The notes: generated by a model from the sequence alone, not told the origin. A stretch of DNA of 64,000 nt from a bacterium (GCA_015075175.1 JABTUV010000006.1:159271-223270); one strand, 5' to 3'; positions 32,101-41,919 are shown, numbered from the stretch's first letter. A program made the numbers and translations.

Positions 32101-33005
32101 CGCAGAGCGCCGGTATCCAGCAAGTCGCCGATCACGTCGTGGCCGAGCGCGGCGGGCGGCTCGCCGGTCGGGTCGCCGTCGCTATTGGGGTCCACATCCA
32201 GCGCGATCACGCCCTCCAGCTTGAAAGCCGGCGCTCCCACCGCCACGACCGCCCCCGGCGGCAGCGGCGGCAGTACCTGGTTCGTGGGCGAGCCGTCGCG
32301 CAAGAGTACCACCGCCAGGCCCAGCCGCACCCGCGCCGGGGTGGTGGCATCGCCCACCCCGTAAAGGCTGGCCCAGGGAACGGTGAACTCGACGCCCCAG
32401 GGGCCGGGGGTGCGCGAGACGGAGTCGCTGGCGCGCGCGTTCGGGTCGAACTCCACCGTGGACGGCCGCACCACCGGAAGATTGGGATCGGCGATGCGGA
32501 TCAACTCCGCGTTCTCTTTCAAACCGTGAGTCAGGTCCGCGCCCTGGTGGGAGCCGATGACGAAGTCAGGCTCGAAGTCGGGAATGAAGGCGACTTTCTC
32601 GTCAGGAGCGATCTCGGTGGACGAGATGACGAGGCCGGCGCGCGAGATGGCGCCGCGCAGGCCGGTAGAAAAATCGCCGAACTCCAGGCGCGTACGCGCC
32701 GGCACGCGCGCCGTCTCGGGGCGATAGCGCGAGTCGATGTAGATGAGCAGGGTGTCGTGCGCCACGTTGAAAAGCCCCTGCACGAAGATGCGCAGGTCCG
32801 CTCCGTCCCATTCAGCGTAGACCGCGTCCACGCGGCTGGTGGTCGGGAGGTTGCTGGGGGTAAACTGGGAGACCAGGAGGTCCTCGGGACCGTAGCTGGC
32901 CAGGTTGGGCGCGGCGGAGACCTGTGCGAGAACGAGACCGGCGAGGCAGACCGTCCCCAGGATACTGCCCGACCGCGACCAACGTCGTACGCGTGCGCCG
33001 TTCAT
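26163..33005 (-). CDS. Giant secreted modular protein: right-handed beta-helix, IPT/TIG, FG-GAP/ASPIC-UnbV (CRTAC1-like), cadherin-like, Thr-Pro linkers, dockerin-like, C-terminal FG-GAP propeller; frameshifts in 27600-28180
   Basis: Signal peptide after ATG 33005; many DxDxDGxxD repeats; [10 protein letters not shown]; long TPT tracts; ORFs 27657..33359 and 26163..27581 are colinear parts. Confidence 0.75.
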
Positions 33006-33109
33006 GGGAGGCCCCCAGTAAGCGTATTTCAAACGGCCGATGGCCTCGGGATCGCGGGCGCAATATAGCACAGCCCGCGCGCCGGGATGTACCCCTTTTT
33101 CCCGGACGG

Positions 33110-33463
33110 TACAAGGGGATATACTGACGGGATTACCGGATGGACAGGATAGGAAAGATGAAACCGACAAGGCTGCGCCGCAGCAATCAACAACCTGAAC
33201 CGACGCGCCTGAGCAGCTGCATGGACTGAACCGACAGGCCTGAGCAGCTGCGAAAACCACAAACCGAAGGCCCTGAGCGAAGCGCGAAGCGCGAAGTCGA
33301 AGGGCCGGCTTACAGGCTGAGGCCCAGCTTTCTGCGGCCATCCGCTCCCCCCTTAACAAGGGGGGCTGGGGGGGGATAGAGGCGGAAGAGGGACAGGCAC
33401 CGATTTTCCGTGGAGATCCTCACCTCACCCGGAACCATGGTACGGACAATCGGCAGCTGTCCC
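33110..33463. repeat. Mosaic of at least four REP/microsatellite families
   Basis: ACAGGAT-like 9-mers; ACCGACAGG-CCTGAGC x3 ending in CTGAGCGAAGCGCGAAGCGCGAAGTCGAAGGG; CCCCCCTTAACAAGGGGGG; GGGACAGGCACCGATTTT inverted pair. Confidence 0.75.
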
Positions 33464-33551
33464 ACATCCAGGATGGGGGAAAGCTGTTGCTTTTGCCCGC
33501 AGGCGCAAATATATTCGACGACGATCCTTGCGAGGAGCTGCCAGCAGCCTG

Positions 33552-34877
33552 ATGGCCGACATGTACCCGGATGGACCCCCGCCGTCTGCGGACGAAGTCG
33601 CCCGCCTCTCGCGTCGGCTCGCCCGCCTCACCTGCGTGCTCAACGTGGGAACCGTCATCAACTCAACCTTGGACCTGGACCATCTCCTGGAAGTGGCCAT
33701 GTTCACCGCCCGCGACGTGATGAACGCGGAGGCCTCCAGCCTCATGCTCACCGAGGAGGGCACGGGCGACCTGGTGTTTGAAACCGCCGTGGGCGCGGTG
33801 GGACGGCAGGTGAAGGAGAAGTACCGCGTGCGCAAGGGCGTGGGCATTGCCGGCTGGGTGGCCGAGAACGAGCAGCCGCTCCTGATCGAGGACGCCTACC
33901 AGGACCCGCGCTTCAATCCCGACTTCGATCGCGAGACCGGTTTTCGCACCCGTTCGGTGCTGTGTATCCCGCTGCGCTTCAAGGAGAAGCTGATCGGCGT
34001 GGCGGCGGTTTTCAACAAGCTGGACGGCGACGCGGCGGGCGTCTTCGACGAAGAGGACCTGGAGATCTTCGAGCATCTCTGCGACCAGCTGGCGGTCGCC
34101 ATCGAGAACGCCCGGCTGCACGCCACCCTCTTGAACAAGCAGCGGCTGGAACACGACCTGGACCTGGCCATGACCATCCAGAAGTCGTTTCTGCCGCAGG
34201 AGTGCCCGCTCGTTCCCGGCTTGCGCGTGGCCGCCCGCAATGAACCCGCCCTCAACATCGGCGGCGACATCTACGACTTTCATTACAGCCCCGACCACCT
34301 GGCGGTGGTGATCGGCGACGTTTCCGGCAAGGGCATCTCCGCCGCGCTCTACATGGCGCGCCTGATCTCCGACCTGCGCCACATCGCCTCCACCTGCGAC
34401 GAACCGGGCGAGATTCTCGCCCGCACCAACAACCTGCTGGTGCAGCGTTCCACCGCGGGCATGTTCGTCACCCTGCTTTACGTTTTGTTCGACCTGGGGG
34501 ATCGGAGTTTCAGATTCGCCAACGCGGGCCATCATCCGCTCTTGTGCCGGCGCGCCGACGGGCGGCTGGAGTCCCTCAATACCTCCGGTGGGACGCCCCT
34601 GGGCATCCTGTCCAACATGGCCTTCCCCGAGTCGGCGGGGCGGCTGGAGGACGGGGACATGATGCTGCTCTTCACCGATGGCGTGGTCGAGGCCCCGGAT
34701 GCCGACGATGTGCAATTCGGCTACGAGAAACTGCATCGCATCCTGACCCGGGCGAGCGGCTCGCCCGAGATCCTCTTGGAGCGGGTGGTGGACGCGGTCC
34801 ATGCGCACGCGGGGTCGGAAAAGATGCTGGACGACATCACCGCGGTCGCCGTGGCGGCCACCCCCGTCGAGTCATGA
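33552..34877 (+). CDS. GAF domain + PP2C/SpoIIE phosphatase (RsbU-like)
   Basis: GIAGWVA, DPRFN..FD..TGFRTRSVLCIPL, IGGDIYDF, IGDVSGKG, ANAGH, FTDGVVEA, DDIT. Confidence 0.92.
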   Translation: MADMYPDGPPPSADEVARLSRRLARLTCVLNVGTVINSTLDLDHLLEVAMFTARDVMNAEASSLMLTEEGTGDLVFETAVGAVGRQVKEKYRVRKGVGIAGWVAENEQPLLIEDAYQDPRFNPDFDRETGFRTRSVLCIPLRFKEKLIGVAAVFNKLDGDAAGVFDEEDLEIFEHLCDQLAVAIENARLHATLLNKQRLEHDLDLAMTIQKSFLPQECPLVPGLRVAARNEPALNIGGDIYDFHYSPDHLAVVIGDVSGKGISAALYMARLISDLRHIASTCDEPGEILARTNNLLVQRSTAGMFVTLLYVLFDLGDRSFRFANAGHHPLLCRRADGRLESLNTSGGTPLGILSNMAFPESAGRLEDGDMMLLFTDGVVEAPDADDVQFGYEKLHRILTRASGSPEILLERVVDAVHAHAGSEKMLDDITAVAVAATPVES

Positions 34878-35341
34878 CTCTCCCCGAGCCGGTCTGCCGC
34901 GAACTGACCCTGGAAATCCCCAGCGATCCAGCCTACCTGAAAGTCGTGCGCGGGGTCTGCCTGTGCCTGGCGGAGGCGGCGGGCTTTCCCGAGGACAAGG
35001 GCCGGTTGGTAGCCCTGGGGCTGGAGGAGGCGTGTACCAACGTCATGCGCCACGCCTATGAGAACCGCCCCGACCACCCCATTCGCCTCCAGTTCCGGCA
35101 GGATGCCGGGCAGTTCGTCATCGAGCTGACCGACTGGGGCCGGAAGGCCCGGCCTGAAGAGCTTAAATCTAGAGATTTAAACGAGATACGTCCTGGCGGG
35201 TTGGGCCTCCATTTCATCAGCGAAGTTTTCGACCGTTTCGAGTATGATGCCAGCGATGAAACCTGCAACCGCCTCCGGTTGGTCAAGGCTCGGCCTGGTT
35301 GCGACAGGTCGGGGACCGGCAGCGGTCCTTCCCGCGCTTGA
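34874..35341 (+). CDS. RsbW-like anti-sigma factor / Ser-Thr kinase (HATPase_c_2)
   Basis: LEEACTNVMRHAY, LTDWG, RPGGLGLHFI. Confidence 0.88.
   Translation: MTLPEPVCRELTLEIPSDPAYLKVVRGVCLCLAEAAGFPEDKGRLVALGLEEACTNVMRHAYENRPDHPIRLQFRQDAGQFVIELTDWGRKARPEELKSRDLNEIRPGGLGLHFISEVFDRFEYDASDETCNRLRLVKARPGCDRSGTGSGPSRA
35163..35180. promoter_or_regulatory. Perfect AT-rich palindrome, candidate operator inside the RsbW-like gene
   Basis: TTAAATCT-AG-AGATTTAA; encoded by codons atypical for this genome. Confidence 0.4.
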
Positions 35342-35487
35342 AAACGCCGCGCGCCTCGCCTTCCCGTTACCTTGCTCCGCCGCCGCTCCGTTGCTATTAG
35401 TGCAGACGGAGGGCCCCATGGAAGAGCGGCGGCATACGAGATGCCGTTGGCGGACAGAGAGCGTCTATCCCGCGTCGGAGGCCGCCG

Positions 35488-36084
35488 GTGTCCGGACGAC
35501 ACGGTAACCTCACCGATGAGGAGTTGATGACGCTCTGCCGGGAGGGCGACGGCCGGGCCTTGGAAGTGCTTTTTGGCCGTTTCCAGCAGCCCATCTACAA
35601 CTTTTGCCTGCGCTTTCTGCGCGATCCCGGCCGCGCCGAGGACGTGCTGCAGGAGACCTTCCTGCGGCTTTACTCGAACCGCGGCAATTGGGAGCCGGAG
35701 GCCCGCTTCGCCTCCTGGGCCTTCCGTATCGCGCGCAACCTGTGCGTGGACGAGGTGCGGCGCTATTGGAACCGCCAGGTCTTCCCCGAGTCGCAACTGG
35801 CGCTCGAGGGCGAGGTCGCAGACTTCCTGGACAACCAGGTAGGCCCCGCGGTCGATCCGCGCGACAGCCTGGACCAGGAGAAGATCGGCCGGATTATCGA
35901 GGAGGCGGTGGGACGACTCTCCGAGGAGCAGCGCGAGGTTGTGATCCTCTCCAAGTATCACGGCCTCTCGTATCCCGAGATCGCGGAGATTCTCTCGGTT
36001 TCGCCCGAGTCGGTGAAGCAGCGGGCCTACCGGGCGCATCTGCGGCTGCGGGAGATTCTGGAGCCGGTCCTGCTGCGAAAGTAA
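35488..36084 (+). CDS. ECF RNA polymerase sigma factor
   Basis: AEDVLQETFLR, FASWAFRIARNLCVD, GLSYPEIAEIL..S..SVKQR.YRA. Confidence 0.93.
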   Translation: MSGRHGNLTDEELMTLCREGDGRALEVLFGRFQQPIYNFCLRFLRDPGRAEDVLQETFLRLYSNRGNWEPEARFASWAFRIARNLCVDEVRRYWNRQVFPESQLALEGEVADFLDNQVGPAVDPRDSLDQEKIGRIIEEAVGRLSEEQREVVILSKYHGLSYPEIAEILSVSPESVKQRAYRAHLRLREILEPVLLRK

Positions 36085-36140
36085 TATGGAGTGCGGGTGC
36101 TTGCTCCCGCGCTACAATAGAACAAAAGGCGTGGTGGAAG

Positions 36141-36977
36141 ATGGGCAACGATTTCAGGATTATTTTTGACGCGGACGACGGGGAGCGGATTCCCACGCCG
36201 GAGACGCTGTCGGAGTATGCGCGCGGGCAGTTGGACGCCGAGCGCGCGCGCCAGGTGAAGCGCCACCTGGAAAAGGACTGGCGCGCCCGGCAACTGGCCG
36301 AACAGTTGGAGGAGACGTGGTTCCTTTTGGACGCCTGGAGCGACCGGCCGGCGCCCGCCGACGCGGCCGCGCGCTTCTCCGAGTCGCTGGCCAAACTGGT
36401 CGAGCGGGACCGGTTCCTGTCTTCGCCGCTGGTCTCGGCGCCGCGCCGCCGGTTCGGTCTGGGTTCGTTCTTCATGCCGCTGTCGTGGGCGGCGGCACTG
36501 GTACTGGTGTGCCTGTCCACGTATTACGCCTTCCTGTCGCTGAGCGAGCCGGGGGCGGTGCGGCGAAGCGTGCCGGCGGCCACGGCCCGCGCCGCCCGGC
36601 CCACCCCGACCTTGCAGGTCGCCCAGGCCGGCCACTCCGCGCCCACACCCGTCACCGTGAAGGCGCCCGTCCCCAGGCCGGTGCTGCCGCCGGGACTGGA
36701 GCGCAATTATCCCCATACCGCCGCCCGCCTGGCCGCCCTGCCCAGGGACGCCTCGGGGCTTCTGGGCGCCAACAGCCCCCGCCTGCCTTCCCTCTTGGTC
36801 GCGGAGGAGGCTGGTGTTATGTTCGAGCCGATCAATGCCGTTCTGGATATGGATTCCCATGACATCAGGCAGGCGATGGCGACTATGGCCGCACAGATGG
36901 ACCCGTTCGTGGCGCGGGTGGCGCCGGACTCGGTCCGGCCCGCGGACGGCGCCGAACCACGCAGCGTTTCCCAGTAA
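36141..36977 (+). CDS. Putative transmembrane anti-sigma factor
   Basis: ETLSEYARGQLD..RA..VKRHL (ZAS-like but without Cys), single TM (WAAALVLVCL), directly after the ECF gene. Confidence 0.65.
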   Translation: MGNDFRIIFDADDGERIPTPETLSEYARGQLDAERARQVKRHLEKDWRARQLAEQLEETWFLLDAWSDRPAPADAAARFSESLAKLVERDRFLSSPLVSAPRRRFGLGSFFMPLSWAAALVLVCLSTYYAFLSLSEPGAVRRSVPAATARAARPTPTLQVAQAGHSAPTPVTVKAPVPRPVLPPGLERNYPHTAARLAALPRDASGLLGANSPRLPSLLVAEEAGVMFEPINAVLDMDSHDIRQAMATMAAQMDPFVARVAPDSVRPADGAEPRSVSQ

Positions 36978-38208
36978 GCGCCTGGCCGGTTGCGCCCTGG
37001 GATGGGCGCTTGCGCTCGTGGCGGCTCCGGCCTCCGCCCAGGTCGCCGACGCCCTGCGCCAACTGGAGTCCCGCGCCGCCGCCATCCTGGAAACGCACCG
37101 CGACGCCGTGGTCGCCATCCAGGTGCGACCGGCTACTTTCGAGGTCCTCGCCGCAAGCCCTTCTCTTTCCGCGGCCACGCCCGTCCTGGGCGGCGGCACC
37201 GAAGACCAGGCGTTGATCACCATGCTGGCACGGGACGCGGACGGCTCGCTGCGCGTGCATTCCGACGGCTCGCGTTTTCCCGAGCCGGCCTCGGGCGAGA
37301 CTTTCGCCTCGTACCTGGCCCGCGTCACCGAGCAGAGCGAGCGCATCTGGCGTCGCAGCGTGCGGCGAGGTTCCGGCTTTGTCCTCGACGCCTCCGGCCA
37401 CGTGGCCACCTCCGCGCATCTTCTGCGCGCCAAGCGGCCGGAGGATACCATCATGATGCGCATGGGAGACCGCTGGGCACGCGCGCGCGTGGTGGGTCAG
37501 GATGCCTTTACGGGGATTGCGGTCCTCCTGGCGGCGACCGCAACCTCCCATGTGCCCGCGACCACGCCCGCCGAACCGCAGCCGGGCCAGTTCGTGATCA
37601 GTCTGCAAACCTCGCTGGACGGCGGGCCGCGCGTGCAATGGGGCGCGGTGACCGCGGTGGAGCGCCGTCTGCCGGACCTGGAGCGCGTCGGCTATGTGCC
37701 CTTCCTTGAGACCTCGCTGCCCCTCCTGCCCGGCGGCATCGGCTCGCCCGCCTTCGACATTGACGGGCGCCTCGTCGGCATGATCCTGGACGGACGGCGC
37801 ATGGAGGGCGGGACGCTGAGCTACATCCTCCCGGCGTGGGTCTTGCGGCAGGTCGCCGCCGACCTGGTGGAACGCGGCGCGCCGGTCCACGGCTCGCAGG
37901 GCGTGGACGTGCTGGCGCCGGGCCGGCGCGAGGATCGCGAACGCCGCAAGGCCCTGGCCGTCCCCGACAGCCTGAAGGGCGTGCTCATTCGTCAGGTCTG
38001 GCCCGCCGGTCCTGCCGAGGCCGCCGGCCTGGCGCCCGACGACCTGATCCTCGCCTGGAACGGCGTTCCTCTGGTCGACTGGCGGCAACTGGTGTGGTTG
38101 ATTCGCATCCATCGCCCCGGCGAGAAGGTTGAGATTTCCTTCTGGCGCGCAGGCGAGTCCCGCACGGCCAGCGTGACCATGGGCCAGCCTCCTCCCCGCA
38201 ATCCCTGA
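36814..38208 (+). CDS. HtrA/DegP-like trypsin domain + PDZ protein, probably catalytically inactive; true start uncertain (near 36960)
   Basis: GSGFVLD..GHVATSAHL, ARVVGQD..TGIAV, LPGGIGSPAFDIDGRLVG, PDZ GPAEAAGL..DDLILAWNG. Confidence 0.75.
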   Translation: MLCSSRSMPFWIWIPMTSGRRWRLWPHRWTRSWRGWRRTRSGPRTAPNHAAFPSKRLAGCALGWALALVAAPASAQVADALRQLESRAAAILETHRDAVVAIQVRPATFEVLAASPSLSAATPVLGGGTEDQALITMLARDADGSLRVHSDGSRFPEPASGETFASYLARVTEQSERIWRRSVRRGSGFVLDASGHVATSAHLLRAKRPEDTIMMRMGDRWARARVVGQDAFTGIAVLLAATATSHVPATTPAEPQPGQFVISLQTSLDGGPRVQWGAVTAVERRLPDLERVGYVPFLETSLPLLPGGIGSPAFDIDGRLVGMILDGRRMEGGTLSYILPAWVLRQVAADLVERGAPVHGSQGVDVLAPGRREDRERRKALAVPDSLKGVLIRQVWPAGPAEAAGLAPDDLILAWNGVPLVDWRQLVWLIRIHRPGEKVEISFWRAGESRTASVTMGQPPPRNP

Positions 38209-38241
38209 CGAGTACGATTACCAATCGTTATCGTAATCTTA
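38208..38241. repeat. Hexamer tract between convergent genes
   Basis: GAGTAC GATTAC CAATC GTTATC GTAATC TTA. Confidence 0.6.
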
Positions 38242-39469
38242 GAGGGTGAGCGCGGTCTTCAGCGTTTCCACGACCTCTTCCACATCCGCCTGAGACAGGA
38301 GCGTATGAAAGGGCAGCGCCACGGTGCGGGCCGCGACGCGCTCGCATACCGGAAACATGCCGGGCTGGTAGCCGTAGCGCTCGCGGTAAAAGGGTTGCAG
38401 GTGGATAGGGGGAAAGTAGTTGCTGCAGCCGATGCCGTGGGCGCGGAGATGCTCGAGCACGCGCGAGCGGCGTCCGGGTTGGGCATCGATCGGTTGCACC
38501 ACGTAGACGAACCAGCCTGGGCGCCGGCCCGCCGCGGGTTCGGGAGGAAGCAGGACGCCATCCTCGTCGGCGAGAGCCTCGGCGTACCAGCGGGCGACCC
38601 GCCGGCGCTTCTCCAGTAACTCGGGCAGGCGCGAGAGTTGCACGAGGCCCAGCGCGGCGGAGAAGTCGGGCAGACGGTAGTTGAAGCCGAAGCGCTCGTG
38701 GGCCAGCCAGGGGTCCCCTCACCCTGCCCTCTCCCCGAGGGAGAGGCCTCACACCGCCCTCTCCCCGGGAGAGGGTGACGATCCCTCTCCCTTGGGGAGA
38801 GGGGGGGGTGAGGGGGGCGGTTCGGCGGCCCTGATTGCGCAACGAGCGGCACAGCTCCGCCACGCGCGCATCGCTCGTTACCACCATGCCTCCCTCGCCC
38901 GTGGTCATCTGCTTGTTGGGATAGAAGGCGAAGACGGCCGCCTCGCCCCAGGCGCCGACTTGCTTCCCCCCGATCTCCGCCCCCAGCGCCTCGCAGGCGT
39001 CGTCGATCAGGATCAATCCATGCTTCTTCGCCAGGCGCTCGAAACCCGGCAAGTCGGAGGGAACGCCGAAAACATCTACGGGCAAAAGGCCGCGAACGGA
39101 GTCATCCAGCATTTCTTCCGCGCCTTCCGGGGTGATATTGAGCGTCGCCTCGTCGATGTCCACGAAGACGGGTTCGCCGCCGGCCATAATGACGGCATTG
39201 GCGGTCGCGATAAAACTGAAGGGCGAGGTGATGACGCCCTCGCCTTCCTCCAGGCCGGCGGCCAGCAGCGCCACGTGCAAGCCGGCGGTTCCGTTGCTCA
39301 CGGCGACGGCGTGGGGAACGCCGACATAGCGGGCGAAGGCGGCCTCAAACCGCGGGCCGGTCGGACCCAACGACAGGTCGGGCGTGGCGAGCACGTCCCA
39401 GACCGCTTGGCGCTCGGCGTCGGTCAGGTCGGGGCGCGAGAGATGAATGCGAATGTCGGGGACAGTCAC
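38239..39469 (-). CDS. DegT/DnrJ/EryC1/StrS sugar aminotransferase (REP insertion and frameshift near 38710-38820)
   Basis: AVAVSNGTAGLH, SFIATANA, IDDACEALG, FAFYPNKQMTTGEGG, GFNYRL, YFPPIHLQPFY. Confidence 0.85.
38714..38818. repeat. CCCTCACCCTGCCCTCTCCC...GGGAGAGG-type REP cluster inside the DegT gene
   Basis: Three CCCTCTCC-N-GGGAGAGG hairpins flanked by CCCCTCACCC / GGGTGAGGGG. Confidence 0.85.
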
Positions 39470-39610
39470 CGATTTTGACTCCCCAGCCTGCGATAGGTTT
39501 GCACTGTCGGCTTCAAAATTCGTGCCTGTCCCCGCCTTCCGTGTGCCCCACCGACCTCGAAGCGTGAGGGACAGATGCCCTAACGCAAGCCGGCGAGACG
39601 CCGGCGCTAC
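39458..39610. repeat. GGGACAG-family inverted pair plus a GTAG REP
   Basis: 39458-39476 and 39515-39533; minus-strand GTAGCGCCGGCGTCTCGCCGGC at about 39589-39610. Confidence 0.65.
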
Positions 39611-39624
39611 CGCCCGGCGGTACG

Positions 39625-40714
39625 TTAATCCGCCAGACGCGCCAGCACGTCCAAGCCGCGCCGCAGCGTGTCGAAGCCGGCCGCAAACGAGATGCGAAAG
39701 TGCGTCTTCCGTTCTGAAAACACGCTGCCGGGCACGATCAACAGCTTGTTCTCGATGGCGCGGGCGACCAGTCGGTCGCCGTCGCCGTCGGGCGCCTGGG
39801 GGAAGATGTAGAACGCCCCGCCCGGCCGCTGCACCGAATAATGCCGCGACAGCCCCTCGTAAACCAGGTCGCGACGCTTGCGATAGTCCGCCCGCTCGCT
39901 CGCAATGTCGGTGTCGAGCGCGACCATCGCCGCTTCCTGCGCGACGCTGGGCGCGCACACGAACGAGTACTGCTGAATCTGCTCCATGGCCGCGATCACG
40001 TCGGCCGGCCCCGCGCACCACCCCAGCCGCCAGCCCGTCATGGCCGACGACTTGGACAGCCCCGACAGGATCAGCGCGTCCGGGCAGTAATCCAACATGC
40101 ACGCGGGCGGCCCGTCGTAGACGAACGCCTCGTATATTTCATCCGAAATCACGACCAGATCGTGCCTGGCCGCGACTTCGGCGACCATCTGCATCTCCGC
40201 CCGGCTGTACACCACGCCGGTGGGATTGTTGGGACTGTTGACGATGATGGCGCGGGTTTGGGGCGTGACCTTCGCCTCGACGGCCTCGCGCCGGAGATGG
40301 AAGTCGGGATAGGTGTCGATGAACACCGGCACGGCCCGGATATAATTGGCGAGGTGCTTGTACATGACGAAATAGGGATCGGGGATGAGGACTTCATCGC
40401 CCTCGTCCAGGAGCGTTAGGAAAGCGAGAAGCAGGCCGCCGGAGACGCCGGAGGTGATGATCACGTCCTCAACGCGCCCGCCGTCCGAGGGCCCTTGATT
40501 TTTGTCGCGCAGGGCGGATTGCCCGACGTGAGCGTGTAGCGGTTGCGCCCGGCCGGATGGCGGCGATGGCGGCTTCTTTCACCGGCTCGGGCACGTCGAA
40601 GTCCGGCTGCCCGATGGACAGGTTGATGGGGTCCTGCATCTTGGCGCCCAGGGAGAAGACCTTGCGGATGCCGGACGAGTCGATGAGTCGGGTACGCGCG
40701 GCCAGTCGGGTCAT
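39625..40714 (-). CDS. PLP-dependent aminotransferase class I/II (frameshifts 40470-40555)
   Basis: INLSIGQPDFD, NSPNNPTG, ISDEIYE, SGLSKSSAMTGWRLG, GAFYIF, FRISFA. Confidence 0.88.
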
Positions 40715-40740
40715 GTTTCCGTCTCCCCGATTGTATGTCA

Positions 40741-40876
40741 TCATTTCGACCGCAGGAGAAATCTTTACCGCCGCGGAAGGCCGGGCGCAAGTGAGAAGAT
40801 TTCTCCCTGCGGTCAAAAATGACAGCCACGGTCGAAATGACAGCCGCGGTCGAAATGACAGCTGCGGTCGAAATGA
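40741..40876. repeat. GTCATTTCGACC REP inverted pair with three extra 18-bp half-units
   Basis: Forward arm 40741-40764; reverse arm from 40797 followed by (CGGTCGAAATGACAGCNR)x3. Confidence 0.88.
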
Positions 40877-40925
40877 GAGGGCGTTGTGCTGAGTAGCGGA
40901 AAACGACGGATGAGAAGGGGGCGAC

Positions 40926-41603
40926 ATGTGCGGGCGGTTCGGACAGGCGGGATCACGGGACGCGGTGATGGCAAGGTTCATCGTGGAGGAGATGCCCGAC
41001 CTGCTGCCGCCGCGATACAACATCGCGCCCAGCCAGGAGGCGGCGGTGGTATTGGAGCGGAACGGCCGGCGGGCGCTGTCATTTTTTCGGTGGGGGTTGG
41101 TTCCGTCGTGGGCCAAGGATGCGAAAATCGGTTACAAGTTGATCAACGCGCGGGCGGAGTCGGTCGCCGACACGCCCGCTTTTCGCAATGCCTTCGCCCG
41201 GCGCCGTTGTCTCGTGGTGGCGGACGGCTTTTACGAGTGGAAACCTTCGCCCTCGGGCCGGGGCAAGCAGCCCTATCGCTTCATTGTGCGGGACGGGGAG
41301 CTCTTCGCCATGGCCGGACTGTGGGAGGCCTGGAAACCGCCGGAAGGCGACCTCCTGCATAGCTTTACCATCATCACCACGCGCGCCAACGAGTGCGTGG
41401 CACCCTGTCACGAGCGCATGCCGGTGATTCTTGATCCCGAGGAGGAAGCCCGGTGGGTGGACGCGGAATATCACGATCGAGAGGCGCTGTCGCGGCTCCT
41501 GGCGCCCTACCCCGCCGACGCCATGCGCGGATACCCGGTGAGTACGCTGGTCAACTCGCCCGCCAACGACGTGCCGGAGTGCATCGTGGAAGTAGAGGTG
41601 TAG
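40926..41603 (+). CDS. SOS response-associated peptidase (SRAP/YedK/HMCES)
   Basis: MCGRF, RYNIAP, WGLVPSWA, INARAES, ADGFYEW, HERMPVIL. Confidence 0.95.
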   Translation: MCGRFGQAGSRDAVMARFIVEEMPDLLPPRYNIAPSQEAAVVLERNGRRALSFFRWGLVPSWAKDAKIGYKLINARAESVADTPAFRNAFARRRCLVVADGFYEWKPSPSGRGKQPYRFIVRDGELFAMAGLWEAWKPPEGDLLHSFTIITTRANECVAPCHERMPVILDPEEEARWVDAEYHDREALSRLLAPYPADAMRGYPVSTLVNSPANDVPECIVEVEV

Positions 41604-41697
41604 GGAGCAGGAAGGGACAATCGCCCACGAGGCTTCACTTCACCCGTAGAGGATAAGACACCGAGGCCACTCCGATGGCGGGCCGGTCGCGTCCATA

Positions 41698-41919
41698 CCG
41701 TCCTCTCGATACGCGGCCCGAAGGGACCTCTCGCATCAAAGCGAAGAGCTCCTCGGGCCGCTACTCGAGGACTCGGTTCTTTTCTTTTTCCGGAATTACC
41801 CTCCAATACCTCCTTCCAGAAAAGAACGCGAGAATGTAAGCCGTGTCCTCGAGTAGGCCCCGCCGAGGCACTTTCATGAGAGGGAAGAAATAACTTCGGG
41901 ACCGTATCGAGAGGCGCGG
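41698..41919. repeat. Large inverted pair of the CTCGATAC...CTACTCGAG element between convergent genes
   Basis: 41698-41776 mirrored by 41841-41919 around an AT-richer spacer. Confidence 0.75.

Noticed and set aside
38228-40102. 624-aa ORF suggesting a fused aminotransferase
   Set aside because: Chance read-through of alternative frames; two separate genes explain the motifs
40926-41603. SRAP gene as a marker of a prophage or mobile island
   Set aside because: No integrase, phage or transposase genes nearby; flanks are housekeeping genes
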